Source of the DNA: a plasmid
Length of the DNA: 64,000 nucleotides
Assembly: GCF_055900595.2 (NCBI RefSeq)
Contig: NZ_JBVWEU010000002.1
Reading direction: 5' to 3' (one strand)
The notes below the pieces were generated by a model. That model was not told where the DNA came from, ran no database searches, and was given only the letters and a program-made list of their open reading frames with translations. Both the position numbers and the translations under genes were made by a program. This document shows positions 46,468 to 57,233 of this stretch, in pieces; position 1 is the stretch's first letter, and every line of letters starts with the position of its first letter.

Positions 46468-47013
46468 TCAGCCTTCCTCGCTGTTGTCCCAGAGGGCATT
46501 GAACTTTTCCCTTAACATCAAAAGAGCAGCTGCTTCCGCCAGAGCTTTATCTTTACGGAGAAGTTCTTTTTCCAGTTCCCGTAACTGGGTCTTTGCTTCG
46601 CGTAATTCTTTATCAGCACGGCGACTTTCTGCCATTTTCATTTCATGAGCCTGAATGGATATAGCTCTCCATTCTTTAACTTGCTCAACAAATAACCCCA
46701 TTCTCCGACAATAATCAGCCAGTTCCATTTCAGATAATGTTGCAGTTTCAATTACAACAGAAAATCGTCGCTCCGGTGTCCATTCATTTCCATCGACAGA
46801 AGATATTTTTTCATTTTCAGGTAACAGGCCTTGTTGCACCAGTTCAAGTCTCCATCTTGCTATTACTGAAGGGCTCAGGTCCAGTTTACGAGCAATATGC
46901 CGTATGGACCAACTATAAGGTGGTAATAACCAGGTAACACCTTGTTCTTTTATATCAATTGGTACTGCATGTGCGGGCATAGTCTCTCTCCTGTGTAAAA
47001 ATCTAGGCGACAA
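46468..47013 (-). CDS. IS3-family transposase OrfA
   Basis: 181 aa (likely start MPAHAV at 46980); DNA-binding N-terminus and C-terminal coiled coil. Confidence 0.7.
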   Translation of the reverse strand: MSPRFLHRRETMPAHAVPIDIKEQGVTWLLPPYSWSIRHIARKLDLSPSVIARWRLELVQQGLLPENEKISSVDGNEWTPERRFSVVIETATLSEMELADYCRRMGLFVEQVKEWRAISIQAHEMKMAESRRADKELREAKTQLRELEKELLRKDKALAEAAALLMLREKFNALWDNSEEG

Positions 47014-47172
47014 CTATGCTGACACAGGGGGATAACATTTGAACAGATCGCTGAATAACATCGATGGAGATCACTTTTGACTCATTTTGTTATTCAGTGA
47101 TCTCCATCAATGTTATTGGAACTTCACAGGTGTGTTGATCTGTATCTTTTGCCATTCCGGTAAAGGATACCT

Positions 47173-48714
47173 ATGCCAACAGTTCCAATTTCTATGAGAA
47201 AACTTAAAGAAATTCTTAGGCTTAAATACGGTGTTGGACTCAGCCATCGACAAATTGGTCGTAGTCTTGCAATCTCCCCTTCCGTTGTATCCAGATATGC
47301 TAATCGGGCGGCTCAACTTGGCATAAAGCAGTGGCCCTTACCTACAGGATGGGATGATACAAAACTAAAACATGCGTTCCTTCAGACCCAGGTTAAGATG
47401 AAGAAGCACTCTCTGCCTGACTGGGCTACAGTACACCGGGAACTGCGTAATAAATGCGTGACGCTGCAGCTACTCTGGGAAGAATACTGTGAGCGTAATC
47501 CAGGCGGTTTTTACAGCTATAACCATTACTGCCGGATGTACCGTGAATGGCTCAAAACCACTTCACCATCAATGCGTCAGGTACATAAAGCTGGCGAAAA
47601 ACTTTTCGTTGATTACTGTGGACCTACCGTTGGCGTTACCGACCCTGAGACCGGAGAAATAAGAACTGCTCAGGTCATCGTAGCTGTTCTCGGGGCATCA
47701 AGTTACACATGGGCAGAGGCCACCTGGTCTCAGCAGCTTGAAGACTGGGTGATGAGTCATGTTCGCTGCTTCCAGTGGTTGGGTGGCGTTCCTGAACTTG
47801 TTGTTCCGGACAATCTGAAAAGCGCCACATCCAGGGCATGTAAGTATGATCCTGACGTTAACCCTACCTACCAGCAGATGCTTGAGCATTATAATGTCGC
47901 AGTTTTGCCTGCGCGGCCACGTAAACCGAAAGATAAAGCCAAAGCTGAAGTTGGCGTTCAGGTTGTTGAACGCTGGATCATGGCCCGAATCAGGCATGAG
48001 ATCTTCTACAGCCTTGCATCGCTTAATCAGCGCATTCGGGAGTTGCTGGAAAGACTGAATAACAAAATAATGCAGAAGTTGGGTTATTCACGTGCAGAAC
48101 TCTTCATCCAGCTTGATAAACCCGCACTGAAGCCTCTTCCTGAAGCCAGTTACAGTTACACCCTGGTGAAGAAAGTCAGAGTTCATGCCGATTACCACGT
48201 GGAAATCGACAAACATTACTACTCGGTTCCATGTTCGCTGTTAGGCCAGCAACTGGAAGCATGGATCTCCGGAGAACTGGTAAGACTCTTCAATCAGGGG
48301 CAGGAGGTTGCTGTGCACCCGCGCAAGCGTACTTATGGCTACAGTACCCGCAACGAGCACATGCCTGAAGCTCATCGACAGCATGCCACCTGGACGCCAG
48401 AGCGTCTTCTGGAATGGGCGGGGCACATAGGCAGTGAAACTCATAGTTATGTGCTTCATATACTGAACTCTCGTCCACATCCGGAACAAAGCTATCGCTT
48501 CTGCCTTGGACTCCTGAACCTTCATAAAAAATACAGTAAAGCCAGACTTAATGCAGCATGTGCAAGAGCTCTGAAAACAAAGGTATGGCGTCTGTCAGGT
48601 ATTAAATCGATCCTGGAAAAAGGTCTGGATAAACAACCTGTTCAGGATCCAAAACCAGATCTGTTATCCACGATGGAACACGAAAACGTACGCGGCAGTG
48701 AGTATTACCACTGA
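47173..48714 (+). CDS. istA: IS21-family transposase IstA
   Basis: 513 aa; N-terminal HTH and DDE core. Confidence 0.85.
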   Translation: MPTVPISMRKLKEILRLKYGVGLSHRQIGRSLAISPSVVSRYANRAAQLGIKQWPLPTGWDDTKLKHAFLQTQVKMKKHSLPDWATVHRELRNKCVTLQLLWEEYCERNPGGFYSYNHYCRMYREWLKTTSPSMRQVHKAGEKLFVDYCGPTVGVTDPETGEIRTAQVIVAVLGASSYTWAEATWSQQLEDWVMSHVRCFQWLGGVPELVVPDNLKSATSRACKYDPDVNPTYQQMLEHYNVAVLPARPRKPKDKAKAEVGVQVVERWIMARIRHEIFYSLASLNQRIRELLERLNNKIMQKLGYSRAELFIQLDKPALKPLPEASYSYTLVKKVRVHADYHVEIDKHYYSVPCSLLGQQLEAWISGELVRLFNQGQEVAVHPRKRTYGYSTRNEHMPEAHRQHATWTPERLLEWAGHIGSETHSYVLHILNSRPHPEQSYRFCLGLLNLHKKYSKARLNAACARALKTKVWRLSGIKSILEKGLDKQPVQDPKPDLLSTMEHENVRGSEYYH

Positions 48715-48725
48715 TACGGGATCCA

Positions 48726-49475
48726 ATGATGAATCATCTTTACGAACAACTGACCGCACTTAAACTCACCGGCTTCCGTGATGCGCTTAAAAAGCAACTT
48801 GCTCAGCCGGGCACATACCAGGAGCTGGGCTTCGAAGAACGCCTGTCATTACTGACAGCAGAAGAACTAACCTGCCGTGAAAACAGGAAGGCAGAGCGTC
48901 TGATCAAACATGCACGGTTCAGACTTAATGCTGAGTTATCAAAGCTGGATTATCGTAACAATAGAGGGCTGGACAGGGCCCTCATCCGTTCACTCAGTCA
49001 GGGAAACTGGTTAACCCTGAAACAAAATATTTTACTGACCGGGGCCACCGGCAGCGGTAAAACGTTCCTGGCATGTGCACTTGGTCATAATGCCTGCCGA
49101 CAGGGATACAAGGTCTACTATTATCGCCTTAAAGCGCTGATGGAACAGTGCTATCAGGGGCATGCTGATGGAAGATACAGCAAACTTTTGACCAGGCTGA
49201 ATAATAGCGATCTGCTGCTTCTGGATGACTGGGGGCTGGAACCTCTCTCATCAGAACAGCGTAGCGACCTGCTGGAAATAGTGGATCTGATGTACCAACG
49301 AGGCTCAATCATCGTAGTGAGCCAGTTGCCGGTGGAAAACTGGTACAAAATGATCGGAGACTCCACACATGCGGATGCCATCCTAGATCGACTGGTTCAT
49401 GGCAGTATCAAGATCGAACTTAAAGGAGAATCAATGCGGAAAATACAATCTCCGTTGACCGAAGGAGATCAGTGA
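48726..49475 (+). CDS. istB: IS21-family helper ATPase IstB
   Basis: 249 aa with Walker A GATGSGKTF and Walker B LLLLDDWG. Confidence 0.85.
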   Translation: MMNHLYEQLTALKLTGFRDALKKQLAQPGTYQELGFEERLSLLTAEELTCRENRKAERLIKHARFRLNAELSKLDYRNNRGLDRALIRSLSQGNWLTLKQNILLTGATGSGKTFLACALGHNACRQGYKVYYYRLKALMEQCYQGHADGRYSKLLTRLNNSDLLLLDDWGLEPLSSEQRSDLLEIVDLMYQRGSIIVVSQLPVENWYKMIGDSTHADAILDRLVHGSIKIELKGESMRKIQSPLTEGDQ

Positions 49476-49634
49476 AGGTAATTTAAAAACGGTTCTGTGA
49501 AAGTGACACGAACCGATCTCCATCGATGTTACTCACCGATCTCCTTCACGGTAATACGCACCGGATAAGAAAATCAATAAAACGGTTCGACGTGAATATG
49601 ACTTTCATCATTTTCCCCGGTTATTTTCCCTACC

Positions 49635-51443
49635 TTACTGTCCTGCCTGTTTCAGCTGGTCAGCAATCTGCTCTTTCACTTTCTGCGTCAGAACACCACT
49701 GTCCGGGATTTTCTGGTTATTCATCAGGTCTTCGTAGAAGTTAGTGAAATCCAGTCTGTCGAACTGAATTTTCTGCAGCTCATCAACCGTAATCCCCCGA
49801 CAGTCAGGATGCTTCGCACTGCCAAAACTGATACGCAGCTGTCCGTTGCGCCCCTGCTGCTGGACTATCTGCGCCAGCTTCGAATCAAACTGACAGTAAC
49901 TGCGTTTTTTCTCCAGGCAGACACCCAGCACTTTCTTCGAACAGAACTCTCCGACACTGACGGTCAGTTTGTTTGATTTTGCTTTAGCCAGGGCTTTTTC
50001 ATCACTGCTGCATTTGGCCAGCCCGATGTCCTGTCCCCAGCCGCTGTCCTTACAGCAGTTGCTGTATCCGGCTGCAGCCTTCTTACAAAATTTCGCCTGA
50101 CCGGTGAAAGCACGGACATCCACCCCGTTCAGCGCCGCAACATCCTTACCTGCTGCGGCCAGTGCCGCCAGCTGAGAAACGGCTTCGGCAAAATCATTAC
50201 TCTTCCCGCTCTGAGCCTTATCGCATTCGCCATCGAGACAGAAGACGTCTCCCCCACAGACCATCACTTTCCCGGATGTTTTTGACTCACAGGAGTACGT
50301 GGCATATTCATGCAGACAGGCACCTTCTTCGGAGTAAAAGGCACACTGGTGTGACACCAGGGTACAGGCTGGATTGTCGGTGTAGGTCTGACAGGTTCCC
50401 TTGTCTGCTGACTGTGTGACATACGTGTCCCGGTATGCCCAGCAGCTCTGGTACATGCTGTATGACTGACCGTCTTTCACCAGCGTCCTGTTCCCGCCAG
50501 CCTCCGTACATTCTGTTTTTGTCAGTTTCCCCAGCTCCTTGCTGAACGGGCAGCTTTCAGACCAGACAACATACGGGGTGTACGAGGCTTTTTTTACCCT
50601 GACAACCAGACGCAGCTTCATTGCCGTATGACGTTTGAATTTTGTATTCCCGACCCGGACGGGGTGAGATGACGTAAAAGCAACACCGGCAGTCAGTGTT
50701 TTCTGTACTGGTGTAAATGAGGCATCTGCTGAGTATTTGGCATTCCAGCTCAGTGGGGTTCCCAGTACTGTAATTGTCATAGGTACACTCTTCTGCAGGT
50801 AAGTACGACTCCAGCTGTAATGCGCATCGACAATTTCACCGGTAACGGGAGAGGTAATGGAGACAACATACTGACCATTCACTTCACGTGCAGGTAGCTG
50901 ACTCATTTCATACTCCAGCGTCCGGGTTTCCCATGTGGTACTCCCCTGCAGCTCCATACGGGCAGTTCGTGTGCAGTACTGCTCCACCTGTAAATCCCGC
51001 TCACAGGTGTAATTCGTGTATTCACTCCGGCTAATCTCCTGCGCACTGCACTGCTGCCCGGTGTTTCCCACAATGCTGTCAGCCCGGTTCACCACATCCC
51101 TGCCGGTCTGGATAAACGGTGCATCCGGTGAAAGAATGTCTTTCGGCTTGTTCATGAATGACTCTGTGATGGTTTTTCCGGTTTCACCGGTCGCCCATTC
51201 CGTGGTGCCGTCATTTTTCAGGCCGCCATCCCCGCCGGCAGTCACGCCACCGTAGTATTTTGTCTCGTCCGGATTCGCGTTATAGCCGGGGATACTCTCC
51301 TGTGGCTTAAAGCCCTGAATACTGCTGCTTCCCTGTCCTTTGATCTGGTGAGCAAAATCAGAGCCGGCCCGGTAATCACTGTTGCTGTCAGCCTGTGCCA
51401 TGCCGGCAACCAGAGCCAGTATCAGAGGTAAAATACGTTTCAT
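49635..51443 (-). CDS. traN: mating-pair stabilisation outer-membrane protein TraN
   Basis: 602 aa, cysteine-rich, with signal peptide. Confidence 0.9.
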   Translation of the reverse strand: MKRILPLILALVAGMAQADSNSDYRAGSDFAHQIKGQGSSSIQGFKPQESIPGYNANPDETKYYGGVTAGGDGGLKNDGTTEWATGETGKTITESFMNKPKDILSPDAPFIQTGRDVVNRADSIVGNTGQQCSAQEISRSEYTNYTCERDLQVEQYCTRTARMELQGSTTWETRTLEYEMSQLPAREVNGQYVVSITSPVTGEIVDAHYSWSRTYLQKSVPMTITVLGTPLSWNAKYSADASFTPVQKTLTAGVAFTSSHPVRVGNTKFKRHTAMKLRLVVRVKKASYTPYVVWSESCPFSKELGKLTKTECTEAGGNRTLVKDGQSYSMYQSCWAYRDTYVTQSADKGTCQTYTDNPACTLVSHQCAFYSEEGACLHEYATYSCESKTSGKVMVCGGDVFCLDGECDKAQSGKSNDFAEAVSQLAALAAAGKDVAALNGVDVRAFTGQAKFCKKAAAGYSNCCKDSGWGQDIGLAKCSSDEKALAKAKSNKLTVSVGEFCSKKVLGVCLEKKRSYCQFDSKLAQIVQQQGRNGQLRISFGSAKHPDCRGITVDELQKIQFDRLDFTNFYEDLMNNQKIPDSGVLTQKVKEQIADQLKQAGQ

Positions 51444-52081
51444 TTCCCGGAATCTCCTTTCCCTGCCAGTAAATCATGAGCCACCTGCCGGCAGTCACCC
51501 GTGGCGGCCACTTTCTCCAGCGCCTGGCCGACCCGCAGGTTTCCCCGGATGATGTCGTATCCCTGACTGCAGAACACCACCAGTGCCGGTACACTGCGAA
51601 TGCCGTACTGTGAAAACAGCGTCGGGTCGATCTGAACACCATCAGTCGCGCCGTCTTTCACCAGGGACAGCACGGCTTCAGCGGTGGTCTTCAGGTCATT
51701 GTTCACCATGCCCCGCAGTGTGGCGGGTATACCGTAGTGCCGGGTTTCGCCCAGCATTCGTTTCAGCCCCTCTTCGGAAATGGAAAACGACACAAAATAC
51801 AGAGCACCCTGCCGGGGTTTCCCGTCCTGCGAAGCCTGCTGTTTACGAACCAGCTCATCCAGGAAATGGTTATCTGAACGCTGAAGGGGGTTTTCCAGCA
51901 CCTGCTTCTCCGCCCAGGCTTTCAGCTGATGGTCAGGTTTTTCACGCAGTTGTCTGCTTAAATTTTCCTGCTGCTTCAGGAACTGGCGGTTTTCAGGAGT
52001 GTTCACGTTTTCTGACGCCATAACCGCCCCGTTCAGCATCATCAGCAGTGCTGCCAGAAATTTCATACTCAGCTTCATCAT
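51440..52081 (-). CDS. trbC: TrbC
   Basis: 213 aa with signal peptide; position and size. Confidence 0.85.
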   Translation of the reverse strand: MMKLSMKFLAALLMMLNGAVMASENVNTPENRQFLKQQENLSRQLREKPDHQLKAWAEKQVLENPLQRSDNHFLDELVRKQQASQDGKPRQGALYFVSFSISEEGLKRMLGETRHYGIPATLRGMVNNDLKTTAEAVLSLVKDGATDGVQIDPTLFSQYGIRSVPALVVFCSQGYDIIRGNLRVGQALEKVAATGDCRQVAHDLLAGKGDSGK

Positions 52082-52086
52082 TCACC

Positions 52087-53079
52087 TCACAGGAAGACAC
52101 AGTTACGTTTACGCCACATCAGGTAGCCGAAGTTTTTCTTTGTGTTGGGCGGATTTTTCCCGGTTTCCCAGCGGGTCACGCTGCGCCCGAACGGGTGGCA
52201 CTGTCCGCTGTCCGGATACATATTCACCATCTGGTAACGCCAGCGTTCTTTGGGCAGGATTGGGGACGGATATTCATTACAGACGGCGTTATTTTTCCCG
52301 ATGGTTTCCATAATCATGCCCTGACGGTGCAGCTTGAACGCCATGCGTTCACTGACCAGCAGGGAGGACTGCAACGGACTGGACTCATTACTCACCCAGC
52401 CATTGAACGGGTACATACTTCCCTGCGAACCGGCACACCAGAACAGAACATCGAGAGGCATATTAAAGGCGCTGGCAATCGCATCTGCTGCGCAGGCTCC
52501 CTGTGCTATCGGATTGGCAAAGATGACAGCTTCCGGATTGAGAATGGTGGTCAGGCTGCTGTCCGTCCAGGTGGGGTCGATTTCAGAAAGATAAGCGATA
52601 TCCAGGTCACCACCTTCCAGACAGCCCAGCGATGTGATGATGTTAAGCCAGTACGTCAGCGGGTATTTGTACCAGTGAACGTGATAGAACGCCCCGTTCA
52701 CCTGCTTCTCATCCTTTTTCGCCGTTCCCTGTGCCGTTTTACCAAAAGCCGGCAGGCTGAAGCCCAGGTTAACCATGCATCCCGGTGATCGGGTGACGTC
52801 CGTCAGCGCCATCGGCTCCCAGTAACCAATGGCCAGCCCGATACGCCTGAACAGCGGCGGCGGTGCCGGACAAATCTGAATGGGCATCGACGGGTTCGCC
52901 GTGTCGGGGACCTTACCCTGACTGACTTTGATACTGCCCAGCGAGAGCGGGAAAATACAGCTCCAGCAGATATCCGTGATCGGGTTTACAAAACGCCCCT
53001 CACAGGCAGAATCCGCAGACGCTGCAGGGACATGACCGGCGAGAAGGAATAACATCAGCAGCCACAGGCTTCGCTTCAT
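52087..53079 (-). CDS. traU: TraU
   Basis: 330 aa with signal peptide; position and size. Confidence 0.9.
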   Translation of the reverse strand: MKRSLWLLMLFLLAGHVPAASADSACEGRFVNPITDICWSCIFPLSLGSIKVSQGKVPDTANPSMPIQICPAPPPLFRRIGLAIGYWEPMALTDVTRSPGCMVNLGFSLPAFGKTAQGTAKKDEKQVNGAFYHVHWYKYPLTYWLNIITSLGCLEGGDLDIAYLSEIDPTWTDSSLTTILNPEAVIFANPIAQGACAADAIASAFNMPLDVLFWCAGSQGSMYPFNGWVSNESSPLQSSLLVSERMAFKLHRQGMIMETIGKNNAVCNEYPSPILPKERWRYQMVNMYPDSGQCHPFGRSVTRWETGKNPPNTKKNFGYLMWRKRNCVFL

Positions 53080-53708
53080 TTTCTGCCCTCCTCTGCCGGA
53101 ATAAATTCCACCTTCAGGAAGCGATCGCCGGGAACGGCGCTCACCCGTGCCGGGACCTGATCAATGCCGAGGCGCTGGCAGAGCACACCGTTCTGGTCAA
53201 AGTAAACACGGCTGTCCAGAGACTTCTGCATCTCCGGGATACTGCCCTGCACGAGGATAATTTTGCTCTCCAGTGTGGGCGGCGTCTGGCGTTTCATCCA
53301 GGCCACCTGCGCCGGATCATCGCCATTGATGAAATACAGCGTCTGGTTAAAAGGAACATACTGCAGCGGATTCATCACTTCACCCTGACGGGCAAACACC
53401 CGCCCTTCGTTATCCCGGATATCCGCAGCCAGTCTGACGGACGGGTCAAACAACCGGCTGCCGTATTTCTCCGTGCGTCCGATACCGGGCACGGCAGGGG
53501 GCCGCAGACTGTTGCGGATCACCCGCTCCTTAAAGGCATCCATTTTCCGGCCCATCTCACCGGACTGCTCCAGTGCCGTCAGGCGCTGCATGATCACCGT
53601 CAGCATGTCCGGCTCCTTTACCGGCCACAGATCGCCCCAGGTACCAAGATCGGCGGCGGCCACACTCTGCCCCCATATCAGCAGGGCAATCAGCCCCCGG
53701 CATCTCAT
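53076..53708 (-). CDS. traW: TraW
   Basis: start set at MRCRGLIALLIWGQSVAA (signal peptide) inside the longer annotated ORF. Confidence 0.85.
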   Translation of the reverse strand: MRCRGLIALLIWGQSVAAADLGTWGDLWPVKEPDMLTVIMQRLTALEQSGEMGRKMDAFKERVIRNSLRPPAVPGIGRTEKYGSRLFDPSVRLAADIRDNEGRVFARQGEVMNPLQYVPFNQTLYFINGDDPAQVAWMKRQTPPTLESKIILVQGSIPEMQKSLDSRVYFDQNGVLCQRLGIDQVPARVSAVPGDRFLKVEFIPAEEGRK

Positions 53709-54091
53709 GGCTCCGCCCTCATTCGCCGGGCGATATCCTGCTGGATTTCCCGGGTGATATCCGGAGCCCCCTGTACCACGGCAGGCGACACCAGAATGAC
53801 CGCGTGGTGTTTCTGCTGCCATGCCTGCAGGCTGGCTTCCAGTGCCGTGTTAAAACGCGCTGAAAGGGCTTTTGACTGTACTTCTGACAGTTGTTTCTGA
53901 CTGGCGCTGTCAAAAAACGCATCCACGGTCTGTTTCATGTTGAAGGCGGCAGTCACCGGTGCGTTCAGTCTGACAATGCCGTAACTGATGGCTGCGTTCA
54001 GTAACACCATTGCCAGGCATCCCGGCACCGTCCACCACCAGTGGCTGCGTCGACGGGCTGTAACGTCAGTCGTTTTTTGCGTTGTGGTCAT
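53705..54091 (-). CDS. trbI: TrbI
   Basis: 128-aa membrane protein between traC and traW. Confidence 0.8.
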   Translation of the reverse strand: MTTTQKTTDVTARRRSHWWWTVPGCLAMVLLNAAISYGIVRLNAPVTAAFNMKQTVDAFFDSASQKQLSEVQSKALSARFNTALEASLQAWQQKHHAVILVSPAVVQGAPDITREIQQDIARRMRAEP

Positions 54092-56718
54092 GCAACACTC
54101 CTGTATTTCTCATGTTCTTCCAGCCAGGCTTCCAGCGAAGCCATCTCCGGCCCTGACTTCTTCCACGCCAGCTGCCACACCGCCTCATGAATACTCAGCC
54201 CCTCTTTACGTTTCTGCTGCACAAACTCAAAATCCGGGCCGTCAGAGCTGTACATGGCGCGGCTTAACGGGTCCACAAACAGGCGGTGCCAGGAGGAATG
54301 GTTTTCCACCTGCAGCAGGAAGGAACTGAACCACTGATCTTTGGCCGCACCGAACTTACCAATCATGTCACGCTGCAGTGGCAGGAACTGGTCCGGATAC
54401 AGCTGGTTGTATTTCGCGAACTCCTTCGCACTCTGTTTGAGGATAATTTTGTAGGAGGAGTTACCCCATGCTGCACGGGCCGCACTGGAGGCCTTGTCAG
54501 AGTCAAAGTCGACGATGTTCTGTGTGATGGTGATATAGGCACCGGTATGACGGCGGGCGGTACGGTAGCCTTTCTCAATAAATTCACCGACCTTGTGATT
54601 TTTGAAGTCCAGCAGACGCCAGCCTTCATCAATGACGTTCAGTTTCTTGAGGTTACGCGGCGTGCGGTACATCCGGTTCTCAATGTAAATGATAAGGCTG
54701 AACATCACCGCAACCAGCAGGGATGGACGGTCTTCCAGTCCGCCCAGCTCCAGCACCACCATTTTCGCATCATCCCGCAGGGACGGCTCATCGGAGTTGA
54801 AATACTGGCCATAAGTGCCGTTAGCAGTGTACTGGTCAAGCAGCACAATCATTTCGTCCAGACGGCTGCGGATGGTCGGTGATTCGGCATACTGCTCGCT
54901 GTCACTGGCGTTTTTCAGGAAATCCACCACGTCATCAATACGTGCCCTGTTCTCTTTGGCCAGCCATGATGCCCTGACTGCCTGCAGCAGCAGACCTTCA
55001 TGCACTTCATCCAGGTTACCGTTGGGGCTGGCCATCACCGACAGCTGGTCGCGGACACGCTCCGCTGACTGGTCAATATCGGTGATGTTCGCAAACGGGT
55101 TAAAGCGCAGGGTTTCACCGTCCAGATATACGCCCCCCATGTTCTCACACAGGGACTTGTAGCCATCCCCCATGTCGAACACCACGGCAAAGCCCCCGGA
55201 GTCCAGCACGCTGCGGATAAGTGGCTGTATCAGCCCGGTTTTACCGGCCCCGGAGGTGCCACAGACCGCCATGTTATAGTTGGTGTTATTCATCCCCCGG
55301 AAGAAAATATCGATAAACGCCAGCTGGTTACGGTAGGTGGGTGCCAGCAGACCTGCCGGTGTCAGGGGGTTATCCGCCACTAACGGCATCAGGTTGGCCA
55401 CATTAAAGCTCTCTGCGCGCTGTACCACTCCGGCCTCTTTCAGCTGTTTAAACAACCCTTTCCCGGCCATAAAGGGCAGACAGGTCAGGAAATTGCGCAT
55501 GTGGTTAAAGCGCGGTGAAATCAGCTCAAAACCGTTTTTACGGAAGCTGTTCAGGATGTCCTGCTCCACTTCCAGTGCCGTTTCATTATTGTCCTTGCAG
55601 AAGGCTGTGATGTTGAGGAAGTAGGACACGACAGAGGACTGACCGGAGCCCAGCCGCTGACGCAGTTCCCCCCACTCCTTCGCCTCTTTCTCCACGGACG
55701 GAAACCATTTGGCATAGGAGGTCTTCGACTTTTTCTCCAGGTCCATGTACTTCAGGTTGGCTTCGCTGTGGGTTTTCACCTGGTCTTCCACCACCAGAGT
55801 CAGCGTCAGGATGAACGGACAGGAGATGGACAGTTCCGGGTTCAGCAGGTTGCTGTAGTTGTCGGCCATGTTCCACAGGAAGGCGATTTCCGGGTTACGG
55901 GCCAGATGGAAATTCAGGATGCGGGCCGTGCTGTTCCTGCCGTTCTCACGCAGGCCCAGCGTCAGGTAATCAGCCCGGACTTTCAGGTCAAAACTGTCCT
56001 CCACACACTGATAATTCAGATCAGAATACGGGTCCAGCTGACGTCTTTTCGGGTACAGGGAGTCCGGGTTATGGTTAATCATCTCCCCGACAATATCGAT
56101 AAAGGCCTGTGCATCCACCGTCTGTGTGGTGATACTGGCCCCCTGTAACGACGCCCGGATGATTTTCACCAGGTTTTCCATTTCCAGAATGTCGGCCCGG
56201 CTTTTTTTCTTCGAAGGAGAACAGTACGAGATAAACACCCGGTAATGGCGCAGGGTCAGGGGCAGATTCATCCCCTCCGGCAGCGGAAACTGTGTCGCTG
56301 CCGCTTTCATATAATAGGCCCGGGTAATGGCGTTAAACCGTTCAGCCTGTTCACCTGACCAGGAGAACTCACGCAGCCCGTATTCAATCCTGTCACCAAC
56401 CAGCTGACTGGACATCAGATGGATACACAACGGAATACCGCGCGGCAGTTTGGTGCGCAGCATGTGATCGAGGGCCTCCACAATGGACTCATTCGCCCCA
56501 TTGATGGGAATGGCTTCCAGCATAAAGCCCATCGTGGTGTCATTCATGAACAGACCGGATTCCTGGTTGTAATCACGATACGGCAGCAGACGGCTGAACT
56601 GCGGGAAGCTCATTTCGCCCAGCACTTCATTGGCCTTTGCTGATTCGTCAGGCAGTTTCAGTGCTGTGACGAGGGAGTTAACCGCCTGAGTGACGGCCTC
56701 AAGTGGGTTATTACTCAT
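54088..56718 (-). CDS. traC: pilus assembly ATPase TraC (VirB4-like)
   Basis: 876 aa with Walker A GTSGAGKT. Confidence 0.95.
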   Translation of the reverse strand: MSNNPLEAVTQAVNSLVTALKLPDESAKANEVLGEMSFPQFSRLLPYRDYNQESGLFMNDTTMGFMLEAIPINGANESIVEALDHMLRTKLPRGIPLCIHLMSSQLVGDRIEYGLREFSWSGEQAERFNAITRAYYMKAAATQFPLPEGMNLPLTLRHYRVFISYCSPSKKKSRADILEMENLVKIIRASLQGASITTQTVDAQAFIDIVGEMINHNPDSLYPKRRQLDPYSDLNYQCVEDSFDLKVRADYLTLGLRENGRNSTARILNFHLARNPEIAFLWNMADNYSNLLNPELSISCPFILTLTLVVEDQVKTHSEANLKYMDLEKKSKTSYAKWFPSVEKEAKEWGELRQRLGSGQSSVVSYFLNITAFCKDNNETALEVEQDILNSFRKNGFELISPRFNHMRNFLTCLPFMAGKGLFKQLKEAGVVQRAESFNVANLMPLVADNPLTPAGLLAPTYRNQLAFIDIFFRGMNNTNYNMAVCGTSGAGKTGLIQPLIRSVLDSGGFAVVFDMGDGYKSLCENMGGVYLDGETLRFNPFANITDIDQSAERVRDQLSVMASPNGNLDEVHEGLLLQAVRASWLAKENRARIDDVVDFLKNASDSEQYAESPTIRSRLDEMIVLLDQYTANGTYGQYFNSDEPSLRDDAKMVVLELGGLEDRPSLLVAVMFSLIIYIENRMYRTPRNLKKLNVIDEGWRLLDFKNHKVGEFIEKGYRTARRHTGAYITITQNIVDFDSDKASSAARAAWGNSSYKIILKQSAKEFAKYNQLYPDQFLPLQRDMIGKFGAAKDQWFSSFLLQVENHSSWHRLFVDPLSRAMYSSDGPDFEFVQQKRKEGLSIHEAVWQLAWKKSGPEMASLEAWLEEHEKYRSVA

Positions 56719-56843
56719 ATGAGTATTCCTTAGTGCGTTTAAAAAAGGAAAATATCAGTCTGTGGCCGTGGATATATCACGCAGTGCCATTCCTGAAACC
56801 ACAGCACAAATAAGAGATGGAGGCTTTTAACAGGAAACCAGGA

Positions 56844-57233
56844 TTAACGTTCCTTTACTGAATGAGCATCATTTAATGCCTGAATTTGTTTTTCGCGAAT
56901 CTTATTGCGCTCATTTTCTCTTACCCGTTTCACCTCTGCCATTTCGTTTCTTTCTCTACACGCTGATGCAAGCTCTTTTGCCTTACCAAGACTTAAAGGT
57001 TCAGGCTGATAATCAGATGTGTCAGACTTAATAGCTTCCTTAAATGCTTCTGCTGCACAGGGGATATCCTGTGTAATCTCTGTCAGTTGTTCTGGTGTTG
57101 CAGGTTGTTGCTCAAGGTAGTCATTGTAAAAAAGACCACATATCAACATAGCCATAACGCCAACAAATATAAAAGCCAGAACAGATTTTAAATATATCGA
57201 CTTCATTTCATTTTCCTTCGAAGCAGTAAGCAC
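56844..57233 (-). CDS. hypothetical membrane-anchored protein (between traR and traC)
   Basis: 129-aa ORF; possible start MKSIYLKSVLAFIFVGVMAMLICGLF (signal/TM); lower GC than flanking tra genes. Confidence 0.45.
   Translation of the reverse strand: MLTASKENEMKSIYLKSVLAFIFVGVMAMLICGLFYNDYLEQQPATPEQLTEITQDIPCAAEAFKEAIKSDTSDYQPEPLSLGKAKELASACRERNEMAEVKRVRENERNKIREKQIQALNDAHSVKER

Larger units (their letters stand above)
45390..47042 (-). mobile_element. IS3-family insertion sequence (boundaries approximate)
   Basis: orfA (46468-47013, HTH plus leucine zipper) and orfB (45443-46348, DDE integrase WSWDISYIP...HSDNGGPM...) with a gap typical of -1 frameshift fusion; short inverted core tagttgtcgcc at 45413-45423 and 47017-47027. 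Confidence 0.7.
47043..49536 (+). mobile_element. IS21-family insertion sequence (istA-istB)
   Basis: terminal inverted repeats tgaataacatcgatggagatc (47043-47063) and the reverse complement of tgagtaacatcgatggagatc (49516-49536); additional subterminal copies of the motif. Confidence 0.75.
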
